Assembly (NCBI GenBank): GCA_048881705.1
Contig: JBHLSH010000097.1
Span: 1-11,197 of the forward strand
DNA: 11,197 bases
Source: Candidatus Heimdallarchaeota archaeon
GTDB lineage: Archaea; Asgardarchaeota; Heimdallarchaeia; Hodarchaeales; Hodarchaeaceae
Direction: 5' to 3'
Each line of letters starts with the position of its first letter. The stretch's first letter is position 1. A program made the position numbers and the translations under genes. Positions 1 through 7,568 of this stretch are shown here, piece by piece. The notes under the pieces were generated by a model, which saw only the letters and a list, made by a program, of their open reading frames with translations, ran no database searches and was not told the DNA's origin.

Positions 1-42
1 TATTCCGGAAGTATCCCGTTGCGATAGTGCCCCCTTATAGCT

Positions 43-52
43 TTTTAAACCA
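43..52 (+). promoter_or_regulatory. candidate TATA-like box upstream of the beta-helix gene
   Basis: TTTTAAACCA lies ~40 nt before the ATG at 94. The same 10-mer lies at 2269..2278, ~57 nt before the start at 2336. Position and composition fit an archaeal TATA box; no transcript evidence. Confidence 0.3.
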
Positions 53-93
53 ATATAACCCATTCTCAGGGGAAAAATCCTTAGGGTAGGAAC

Positions 94-1311
94 ATGAAAC
101 GCTGGCAATCTATTATTATTCCGATCTTCTCAGTTTTGGTTATGGCACATATTCTATGGGACGGACAACATTTCCTTCTGCCCATTGAACGGGAGGTTTT
201 GGTTAGAACCAATTTCAAGAGTCCTACTGCTCCTAATGTCCCTGATCAGATCTATACTCAACATGACCGTATCAATATCGTCGGTGACAAGGATCTGAAA
301 AATTCGTTTCCAGGTGGGGGGACGTTAAGTGACCCTATTCGGATTGAAGGATTCAACATCACTGCAGCGGCTGAGGATTTGATTTCCATTAGTGGAACTT
401 CGTCCTATTTCCGCATCGCAAATAACCTACTTAACGGGGATAATGGGTTGGGGAATGGGATTTCTCTCTATAATGTGACGAACGGAGAAATTTATAACAA
501 TGTTATCTTTGGTAATAACCAAAACGGAATAAAACTATACGTTTCAAACAACAACAGCGTTCATAACAACATTCTCTATAAAAATGGTTTTGCTGAAATA
601 AATTTAGCCCGTTCTAATAACAATAATATCTCCGAAAACACGGTTTCAAAAAACACATTTGCAGCGGGAATTTATCTTGTCAAGGATAATTCAAACAACG
701 TTATCTCGAATAACACACTCTTTAATAACGGCGTTGGAATCAGATTCGAGTCAGAAGCAAATAGAAACGAAGTGATCCAGAATGACTTGTATGAGAATAG
801 AGTAGGAATCCATCTAGAGTTTGTTAGGGATATTTCAGTTAAACAGAATAGGATTAGAGACAACCTCGCAGGAATAAAAGTTACAAGCGGGGATGGATTT
901 AGGTTTTCACGAAACATTACTGTATCTAGAAATCTGATTTATCATAATCAGGGATATGGTATGATTTTGGAACGGTTTTCCAAAGATATCAGGATTTCAA
1001 GTAACGATTTTATTAAAAATAACCAGAACAAGAACTCTCAAGCATTTGATGGCGGGGAGAATAATACATTTGCCTATAATTACTGGGATGAATGGACGGA
1101 TCCCGATTATAATAAGGATGGCTTTGTAGATTTTCCTTACAATATTGACGGATCAACAAATAATCAGGATGGTTTTTCTTGGGCTTCCCCTCCATCTTAT
1201 AATACTGAGATACCCCTAGAACACACAATGGCCGCTTTAATTCTCTTGATTTTGATTCTTGGCGCGCTAGGATTCTCGATTCTTCAACAACAATATCGGT
1301 CATATGGGTAG
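94..1311 (+). CDS. NosD-like right-handed parallel beta-helix surface protein with N-terminal hydrophobic leader and C-terminal TM anchor
   Basis: 405 aa. About 8 tandem 22-29 aa Asn-rich repeats of the type GIxLxxxxNxxIxxNxxxxN. N-terminal motif HDRINI...GGGTLSDPIRIEG and C-terminal YNYWDEWTDPDYNKDGFVDFPYNIDG (DxNxDG-like), both typical of archaeal beta-helix proteins. Hydrophobic N-terminus and C-terminal helix ALILLILILGALGFSIL. Confidence 0.85.
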   Translation: MKRWQSIIIPIFSVLVMAHILWDGQHFLLPIEREVLVRTNFKSPTAPNVPDQIYTQHDRINIVGDKDLKNSFPGGGTLSDPIRIEGFNITAAAEDLISISGTSSYFRIANNLLNGDNGLGNGISLYNVTNGEIYNNVIFGNNQNGIKLYVSNNNSVHNNILYKNGFAEINLARSNNNNISENTVSKNTFAAGIYLVKDNSNNVISNNTLFNNGVGIRFESEANRNEVIQNDLYENRVGIHLEFVRDISVKQNRIRDNLAGIKVTSGDGFRFSRNITVSRNLIYHNQGYGMILERFSKDIRISSNDFIKNNQNKNSQAFDGGENNTFAYNYWDEWTDPDYNKDGFVDFPYNIDGSTNNQDGFSWASPPSYNTEIPLEHTMAALILLILILGALGFSILQQQYRSYG

Positions 1312-1337
1312 GACCGAGTAATACTAAAGGATCTTTA

Positions 1338-1421
1338 ATGTACAAACGTCAAGGGCTATCCCCAGTGTTTGTCATCGAGATGCCGGAGGATAAACGGCTG
1401 GAGAGGGACGCTGCATTCTGA
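1338..1421 (+). CDS. putative 27-aa small protein MYKRQGLSPVFVIEMPEDKRLERDAAF (repeat family A, copy 1)
   Basis: ATG at 1338, TGA at 1419-1421, below the ORF-track cutoff. 16 of the last 22 residues match the frame in the copy at 4895..4970, and 8 of those 16 use different synonymous codons. Confidence 0.45.
   Translation: MYKRQGLSPVFVIEMPEDKRLERDAAF
1347..1421 (+). repeat. dispersed repeat family A, copy 1
   Basis: cgtcaagggcta-tccccagtgtttgtcatcgagatgccggaggataaacggctggagagggacgctgcattctga aligns to 4895..4970 at 56/76 columns with one gap. Confidence 0.9.
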
Positions 1422-1606
1422 GATGACCTAATACGTCTTCAGATTGATTCTTGGTTGGTTCGAGCTTTACAGCTTCTTACAATGACTGGATAATTCATTT
1501 AAACTTAAGGAAACGAAAATTATTTTGCTAGGCACGAATTCTACGATGATCACATGTCAATGATTAAAGGGGATCGTCTACCCATCTTGACAAAACCAAT
1601 TTTGGG

Positions 1607-1906
1607 ATGAAAACCGTGTCAAATGAAAATAAAAACACCATTAGCATTTTTGTTCAACTTGAGGCCCCAGATTTTGATACTTGGTACCACGAGCACGATA
1701 TACATGCCGATCATCGTAAGAACTATGGGATCATAGATGGACCAGTCTATCGAGATATTAGCAACCCAAATTCAGCCTTGGTGCATCTCATGACTGATGA
1801 CCTTCCTAAAGCAAAAGAATGGTTTGGAACGGATTTATTTAAAGCTGGGACCAAGAGAGCCAAGGTATCGAGTAGGAAAATTTATATGGCTGAGAATCGT
1901 AAGTAA
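1607..1906 (+). CDS. small dimeric alpha/beta-barrel (ABM-like) hypothetical protein
   Basis: 99 aa. The pattern FVQLEAPDFDTW...GI...VYRDISNPNSALVHL..DD..KAKEWF resembles the small 'DFDxW...RDxxDPN...A..F' barrel proteins. Family assigned by motif recognition only. Confidence 0.65.
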   Translation: MKTVSNENKNTISIFVQLEAPDFDTWYHEHDIHADHRKNYGIIDGPVYRDISNPNSALVHLMTDDLPKAKEWFGTDLFKAGTKRAKVSSRKIYMAENRK

Positions 1907-2119
1907 TGGAAAACAGCCCCAGATAATAATCAGGATAGGTTTGTAGACCTTCCTTACCCCATTGATGGTATAGCAAACAATCAAGATTTTTCTGCTCGGA
2001 CTTCGTCCATGCAAGCTTCCGCTAGGGGCCTCCCAGACCAGATCCAAATCGCCTTGATTTTTCTGGTCTTGATTCTAGGTACCCTTGGCGTCTCAGTCTG
2101 GAAACAAAGACAAAGATGA
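1907..2119 (+). pseudogene. 5'-truncated remnant: diverged copy of the C-terminal ~70 codons of the beta-helix gene (94..1311)
   Basis: Translates WKTAPDNNQDRFVDLPYPIDGIANNQDF...IALIFLVLILGTLGVSVWKQRQR*. Identity to ORF 94..1311 is 17/25 over TDPD...NNQD and 11/15 over the TM helix. No start codon before the conserved block. Confidence 0.88.
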
Positions 2120-2178
2120 CACAACAAGGCGATAGAGATAATCTGAATTAATTTCTCATCAATCGTGAACTTTTAAAC

Positions 2179-2198
2179 CCTGATTTAAAACAATCAGG
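2179..2198. other. perfect 7-bp inverted repeat (CCTGATT-taaaac-AATCAGG)
   Basis: Seen directly, 9 nt upstream of repeat A copy 2. Function unknown. Confidence 0.5.
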
Positions 2199-2207
2199 CC
2201 ATAACAA

Positions 2208-2250
2208 CGTCAAAGGCTTGTCTTTGGTGTTTTTTATCCGGAGGTCGGAA
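2208..2250 (+). repeat. dispersed repeat family A, copy 2 (5' part only)
   Basis: First 15 nt (CGTCAAAGGCTTGTC) identical to the copy at 4895; 34/43 overall; similarity is lost after ...tcggaa. Reads VKGLSLVFFIRRSE. Confidence 0.8.
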
Positions 2251-2335
2251 AGAATTGATAACCTAAAGTTTTAAACCATAAATGCCTTTATCGTGGTATT
2301 GGAAGAACATCAAGAAATCCGTAGGATAGCGCACA

Positions 2336-3511
2336 TTGCCAATATTTACATCTGAAGTAACCTGGGCTGTCGTGATACGATTAGCAGTCTTGGTAGGCGA
2401 ACTTGCGCTAATCTACGTTGTCATAAGGAAATACTTGAGGTCAGACTATTCTCGGATTTTAATCATTTTACTCATAGCGTTAATTGCCAATCTTGTTTCC
2501 AATGGGTTGAGTTTCAGCGCCATATTTATTCCAGAACCGGATCGAGATTTATTCCATAATATCAGGACCTTGGATTTTCTAAGCACTATTCTCTCGCTTT
2601 ATTTTTTTCTCCTCATCTTTGAATTTTTTGAATATGAAACCTTACTCACTCAAGGACAGCTGATTGGAACTGTATTAACAACTGTTACAACTATCTTCAT
2701 CGTTTATACAATACCTCAAGCAAACTGGCTAATCAATGAACAAATGTACTTCCAAAGCCTCGATTCCCCTATCCTGGTTTTCTTAAACCTATTCGGTAGT
2801 ATATTAGGGGCTTTTGTGATAACGACTCTGCGTAGAGGTCTGAAGGACGTCTGGATTACTCAGAGAGAGCAAATAATTTCAATGATTGCAAGTGTTTGTA
2901 TAATATCGTTCATTCCTTTCCTGTTTTCATTATTACTACTCTTTTTCAGTGATCAAGTATTCCTAATTGCAGAACCATTATCAAGAGGAGCAATACTGGC
3001 AGGTTATATCATTTTAACAATTTCTTTTGGTGGAACAAATCATTACAGCCAATACAATCGACGAAAAGCAGATAAGGTTCTTGTGACAAACCTGAGCGGG
3101 ATCCCACTCTTTCATTACGATTTTAAAGAAAATGTTCATTACATAAATGAAACGCTATTTTCTGGAGCTGTAGTTGCAATTACAATGCTAATGTCAGAAT
3201 CCATTAAGTCTCCATCCCCTATTGCTGAGGTATTAATGAAAAACAAATATCGGTTGATGCTCGAAACACGGGAATCCTTTATTGCCTTGATCCTAACACC
3301 ACAAGCTAATCCCTACCTTAGAAATTCTATAGAACGATTTGCTCGAGCTTTCGATCAAAAGTTCACTTCCATTATAACGTCAGGGGAGGTCCTAGACCTT
3401 AATCTTTTTGTCAAATCAGGACTTGGGCTATTGTTTGAAAATTTCGGAATATCCACGGTTAAAGTTAAGAGAATGGCAGCAATATTAACATTTGAAGAAA
3501 CAATAACGTAA
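2336..3511 (+). CDS. 7-TM membrane protein with C-terminal longin-like cytoplasmic domain
   Basis: 391 aa, TTG start. Seven hydrophobic segments in the first ~235 aa. The soluble tail KVLVTNLSGIPLFHYDF...ETLFSGAVVAITMLMSE...IAEV...LMLE...FIALI...LRNSIERFARAFDQKF matches the longin-like pattern common in Asgard proteins. Confidence 0.72.
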   Translation: MPIFTSEVTWAVVIRLAVLVGELALIYVVIRKYLRSDYSRILIILLIALIANLVSNGLSFSAIFIPEPDRDLFHNIRTLDFLSTILSLYFFLLIFEFFEYETLLTQGQLIGTVLTTVTTIFIVYTIPQANWLINEQMYFQSLDSPILVFLNLFGSILGAFVITTLRRGLKDVWITQREQIISMIASVCIISFIPFLFSLLLLFFSDQVFLIAEPLSRGAILAGYIILTISFGGTNHYSQYNRRKADKVLVTNLSGIPLFHYDFKENVHYINETLFSGAVVAITMLMSESIKSPSPIAEVLMKNKYRLMLETRESFIALILTPQANPYLRNSIERFARAFDQKFTSIITSGEVLDLNLFVKSGLGLLFENFGISTVKVKRMAAILTFEETIT

Positions 3512-3579
3512 AATTGCGTGTCGTGGTATTTAGCAGGAATATGATTCGAACTTATTTCAGAGTAAACGGATCGAGTCAG

Positions 3580-4422
3580 ATGAAACAGATTAACTCAAAT
3601 ATCATGTATGGTACTGCCTGGAAAGAAGAAAAAACTGAACTATTAACCTTAAATGCACTGATGGCAGGATTTAACTCGATTGATACTGCTAATCAACGTA
3701 AACACTACAATGAAGAAGGGGTAGGAAACGCCATACGTGCTTTTATAAAAGCGAAAGGAATAGACCGAGACGAATTATTTATTCAAACGAAATTTACTTA
3801 CAAAGAAGGACAAGATCACCGTTTACCGTTTGATCCTGAAGCAAAGCCAACGACTCAAGTAAATCAATCGTTTAATAGTTCATTAGAACATCTACAGATC
3901 GATTACATTGACTCATACGTGTTACATGGGCCCTCAGCACGTTTTGGAATATCTGCCCTTGATTGGGAGGTCTGGACAACAATGGAAAAATTGATCTCGG
4001 AAGGAAGGGTTAACCATTTGGGTATAAGTAATGTGAATCCTGAACAGCTGGAGATTTTATGTGAAAAGGTAGAGATCAAACCGTCATTTGTCCAGAATCG
4101 CTGTTTTGCGAGACTTGGATGGGATAAGGAAATCAGGGAGATATGCAAAAAGAATAATGTCACTTATCAAGGATTCTCATTGTTAACCGCTAACAGAGAG
4201 GTCCTGACCCATCCCAGAGTACTACAGATGAGTAAAACAATGAATAGAACAATTCCTCAAATAATTTTTAGTTTCGCTCGGCTTATTGGCATTTTACCGT
4301 TAACAGGAACAACAAATCGAAAACATATGGAAGAAGACCTCGAAAGCGTGAATATAATGCTTACAAAAGAACAAATAGACTACCTTACGAATATTTCAAT
4401 TGGCAGATCCCTGGATTATTGA
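3580..4422 (+). CDS. aldo/keto reductase
   Basis: Motifs YGTAWK, GFNSIDTA..KHYNE, LFIQTKFT, SLEHLQIDYIDSYVLHGP, LGISNV, VQN and IPQI..LPLTGTT..HMEEDL. ATG 3580 is preferred over the track's TTG 3514 because homology begins there. Confidence 0.92.
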   Translation: MKQINSNIMYGTAWKEEKTELLTLNALMAGFNSIDTANQRKHYNEEGVGNAIRAFIKAKGIDRDELFIQTKFTYKEGQDHRLPFDPEAKPTTQVNQSFNSSLEHLQIDYIDSYVLHGPSARFGISALDWEVWTTMEKLISEGRVNHLGISNVNPEQLEILCEKVEIKPSFVQNRCFARLGWDKEIREICKKNNVTYQGFSLLTANREVLTHPRVLQMSKTMNRTIPQIIFSFARLIGILPLTGTTNRKHMEEDLESVNIMLTKEQIDYLTNISIGRSLDY

Positions 4423-4451
4423 AAATACCCTTTTTTCCTGGAACTTCGTTA

Positions 4452-4727
4452 TTAGAGATAACGTACATCAAAGACATGTTTTCTGGCTTTCCCATCTGGA
4501 TTTTGGAAGATAAACACCTGGAAAGGGATACGCATTCTAAAAACGCCATGCGATTCACTTGAATATAAACCTTGTAAGATGGGTACTGAAATAAACAGAC
4601 CAGAAATTAGTGAGGAGAGAATGAAAAGAATCCATCCTCTCTTAGTCAAATCCTCTGATTCGGCAATTTCTCTTAACACACCGCTTTGAAAAGTAAAAGT
4701 TCCTACAACTTGAGACAAGAAACTCAT
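4452..4727 (-). pseudogene. truncated Yip1-like membrane protein fragment
   Basis: N-terminus MSFLSQVVGTFTFQSGVLREIAESEDLTKRGWILFILSSLISG resembles the start of prokaryotic Yip1-domain proteins, but only one TM follows. The last ~29 codons largely read through the antisense of repeat A copy 3. Confidence 0.45.
4466..4540 (+). repeat. dispersed repeat family A, copy 3 (1-nt deletion near the 3' end)
   Basis: catcaaagacatgttttctggctttcccatctggattttggaagataaacacctggaaagggatac-gcattctaa gives 52/76 vs 4895..4970, and 29/37 vs copy 1 over the 3' half. Reads IKDMFSGFPIWILEDKHLERD[fs]AF*, ending in TAA where the other copies have TGA. Confidence 0.85.
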
Positions 4728-4894
4728 AAGAAAAACCTCGGTAAAGTACTTGGATTTCTTTACATGTTAGGTTACCATTTAGTCTTGATATTCCCTCATT
4801 TGGATTATTTAAGTTTTTTCATTATTTGATGTAATTAAATCGACAATTACGAAAATATTGTTCGCTATTTTCCAAACTAATTACCAAGCACGAC

Positions 4895-4970
4895 CGTCAA
4901 AGGCTTGTCCTCGGTCTTTTCGATCCAGATTTCAGAAGATCAACGACTGGAGCGCGACGCGGCGTTCTGA
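4895..4970 (+). repeat. dispersed repeat family A, copy 4
   Basis: cgtcaaaggcttgtcctcggtcttttcgatccagatttcagaagatcaacgactggagcgcgacgcggcgttctga reads VKGLSSVFSIQISEDQRLERDAAF*. In-frame TAA upstream at 4878-4880 and no ATG. Confidence 0.9.
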
Positions 4971-5211
4971 TGGAGAAGCGAGATGATATCCAAGGAACCA
5001 GATGATGGGAAATAAAACCGTCATGGCCTTGCTGGGCTATTAAAACGATTGATCAAAGCGAATTAGGTCCCCAATCCTAGATAAGAAAAAAAAGCGTTTT
5101 CATGACGATGATGATCTTCTGTTTTATATCCTGCTCCCCAAAAAAACGTTACACTCTCCGTTTTTCGATTTCTGCAGTAAAGATTTCTTATAAGAACGAA
5201 TTTCCCATGAG

Positions 5212-5628
5212 TTGAAAGATTTTATAGGAGATTTATTATTGGATTCTGACATTCACAAAAAAATTAAGGCGAAATTAACAATTTTTGTTGACGCTATGCG
5301 GACTAAAGATGTCGAAACCATGGTCAGCGTATTTGACGAAGATTCAATTGTGCTCGGAGGCACAAGTCAATCACCAATTGAAGCTCATGGTCACGATGAA
5401 ATAAAACAAGTAATGAGTCTTTTCATCAAGAATTTAATTGATGGAGATATATTTTCAAGCCATATTTTTCAGATAGGGGATGAAATTTACGAAATGGGAA
5501 CGAATCGTATGGTTGTTGAAAATGAAGGCCAACAAAGAGAGGTAAAAGGAAATTATGTGACCGTTTGGAAACAAAATGAAGGAGACTGGTTTGTCAAAAA
5601 AGATATGCTACCTCCTATGCCAGAGTAA
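5212..5628 (+). CDS. SnoaL/NTF2-like (DUF4440-type) protein
   Basis: 138 aa, TTG start (uncertain). Pattern FVDAMRTKDVETMVSVFDEDSIVL...GHDEIK...IYEMG...KGNYVTVWKQNEGDWFV. Confidence 0.8.
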   Translation: MKDFIGDLLLDSDIHKKIKAKLTIFVDAMRTKDVETMVSVFDEDSIVLGGTSQSPIEAHGHDEIKQVMSLFIKNLIDGDIFSSHIFQIGDEIYEMGTNRMVVENEGQQREVKGNYVTVWKQNEGDWFVKKDMLPPMPE

Positions 5629-5820
5629 GCATGATCTCTAAAACATTAACATTTTTCCGAAATAGGCCGGTTCCATTAATATTGATTCACATTAAGAACA
5701 CTAAACTATCCTTTTATCTATAGAGTATAACAAAACCTGAAAACCCCCCTAAATTATAAGACCCGAAATACTCATCTCTTACAATAGATAGACAACTCCA
5801 CAACGCATGTAGTGATTTAA

Positions 5821-7332
5821 ATGTCAACACTAAGCGATCTGTATAGAGAATTAGTTGAACAAACTAGTGAAAAACTCATCCTGCAGCAAATCAATTCAAT
5901 TTTGGCATGGGATCAACATACATATATGCCCCCCAAAGGTGTAATTCAACGCGCTAAGCAAAAAGCATTATTAGCTTCGTTGATACACAAAAGGCGAACA
6001 GATCCTAAAATAGGAAAGTTACTTCAAGCTTTACAAACCCATTCCGAAATCTCAACTTTAACCGAGGTTGAGAGAAGAAATATTGAGATTATCGATCGGG
6101 AATACCGTAGATATTCGAAAGTTCCAAGCGAATTAGCTGTCAAAATTGCCCAACAATCGCCTATTTCTATTCAAGCATGGGAAAACGCAAGACGAGAGAA
6201 AGAATATTCAATTCTAAAACCTGAAATGGATAAAATGTTAGAACTCGTAAAAGAAAGATGTCATTATATAAATTCTGATTTAAAGCCCATTGATGTTATA
6301 ATTGATGAATATGAACCAGGAGTCACAGCTGATTACTTATCCAGCCTTTTTACAACTTTAAAAGCAGGACTTATCCAACTACTAGAAAGAATTCATAGTT
6401 CACCGATCAAACCTGATCTTTCAATAGTCAACCGAGAGTGTACTTTAGAAATTCAAACAGAATTATCACACGCTGTTGCAAACGTAGTTCAGTACGATCT
6501 CGAAAGAGGACGAATAGACACTTCAGCCCATCCTTTTACGAATGGTTTATGGGACGATGTACGTATAACGACGAGATATGATCCTAATGACTTTTCTGAT
6601 TCTTTTTTCGCGGTAATGCACGAATCTGGGCATGCCTTATATAATCAAAATTTGAATAAGGGGTTGAAATATCAACAAGTGGGCTTACCGTGTTCTGGTG
6701 GGGTTCATGAATCACAGTCACGATTTATTGAAAACATAATTGGTCGAAGTCGAGAGTTCTGGCAGTATTATTTTCCTATATTCCAAATGCTGACCAAAGG
6801 AATATATGATGACGTAACTCTGGAAGAATTTGTTTTAGCCATAAATGAGGTTAAACCATCAAAAATCCGAGTTAAAGCCGATGAAGTAACATATTCATTA
6901 CATGTTATACTTCGATTTGAGATAGAAAGAGATCTTCTTGAAGGGAAAATTTCAACAGTTGATCTCCCAGATATATGGAATGCCAAATACAAAGAATACC
7001 TTGGAATCGATTTTGAAGATGATTCTGAAGGTGTAATGCAAGATATTCATTGGCCTGCAGGAGGATTTGGTGCTTTCTATTCTTACGCGCTTGGAAATAT
7101 GTACAGTGCACAGATTTTACACACAATGAAAAAACAAATTCCTAACTATAAAGAGATTATAGAAAAGGGAGATATAAAAACACCGATCGATTGGTTGAGC
7201 GAATATGTGCATCAAAAATCGAATTTGTATGATCCTCTTACGCTGATAGAACAAATCACAGGAGAACCGCTTGATCCCAAGTATTACCTCCAATATTTGG
7301 ATGAAAAATACACCGACTTATACCAATTATAG
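5821..7332 (+). CDS. M32 family metallocarboxypeptidase
   Basis: 503 aa. WDQ.TYMP, HPF, DVRITTRY, HESGH (HEXXH), HESQS, IRVKADEVTYSLH..RFEIE and QDIHW motifs. Confidence 0.96.
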   Translation: MSTLSDLYRELVEQTSEKLILQQINSILAWDQHTYMPPKGVIQRAKQKALLASLIHKRRTDPKIGKLLQALQTHSEISTLTEVERRNIEIIDREYRRYSKVPSELAVKIAQQSPISIQAWENARREKEYSILKPEMDKMLELVKERCHYINSDLKPIDVIIDEYEPGVTADYLSSLFTTLKAGLIQLLERIHSSPIKPDLSIVNRECTLEIQTELSHAVANVVQYDLERGRIDTSAHPFTNGLWDDVRITTRYDPNDFSDSFFAVMHESGHALYNQNLNKGLKYQQVGLPCSGGVHESQSRFIENIIGRSREFWQYYFPIFQMLTKGIYDDVTLEEFVLAINEVKPSKIRVKADEVTYSLHVILRFEIERDLLEGKISTVDLPDIWNAKYKEYLGIDFEDDSEGVMQDIHWPAGGFGAFYSYALGNMYSAQILHTMKKQIPNYKEIIEKGDIKTPIDWLSEYVHQKSNLYDPLTLIEQITGEPLDPKYYLQYLDEKYTDLYQL

Positions 7333-7465
7333 AAGTGAACTGGATGTCCCTCCGTTTAAATGATTTTGTGATTGATCTGTGTCGTTTTTCCTGGTCCTTT
7401 AGGAAGATCGGGTTATTATCTCAGATGCAAACAGAACATTGGTTCAACCTGATTTCAAAACGGAC

Positions 7466-7497
7466 AAGGAAATCGGGCAAATCATTTCGATAACCCC
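7466..7497. repeat. dispersed repeat family B, copy 1
   Basis: AAGGAAATCGGGCAAATCATTTCGATAACCCC, 28/32 identical to 10907..10938. Confidence 0.85.
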
Positions 7498-7568
7498 TTG
7501 ATCGTCATTTGCGCTCTAGTCCCTTCGAAATTCGTTTTCGAATACGAAATCGCTGATACAGTTCCAAC

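Noticed and set aside
1338-1421. tmRNA-like tag peptide (ends in ...AAF*)
   Set aside because: There are no tRNA-like ends or pseudoknots that I can identify, and tmRNA is not an archaeal feature. The resemblance is superficial.
1422-1493. In-frame open segment DDLIRLQIDSWLVRALQLLTMTG* after repeat A copy 1 (similarly 28 open codons after the iaaA stop)
   Set aside because: There is no homologous partner in the window, and open stretches of this length arise by chance.
2291-3530. Exact 10-mer TCGTGGTATT upstream of both the 7TM gene (2291) and the reductase (3521)
   Set aside because: A few 10-mer matches are expected by chance in this much intergenic DNA, and spacing to the starts differs.
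4836-4860. Weak similarity to the reductase 3' end (aaat.gac...ttacgaa..tatt), a possible third displaced tail
   Set aside because: It needs gaps, lies in AT-rich sequence and shows no conserved reading frame.
1347-4970. Repeat A as integron attC sites or a CRISPR array
   Set aside because: There are no RYYYAAC...GTTRRRY ends on either strand and no integrase in the window. Copies are too long, divergent and irregularly spaced for CRISPR.
4971-5211. ORF-free stretch with A-runs, possibly a decayed membrane-protein gene on the - strand
   Set aside because: Only short disconnected hydrophobic fragments are present, and none is recognisable.
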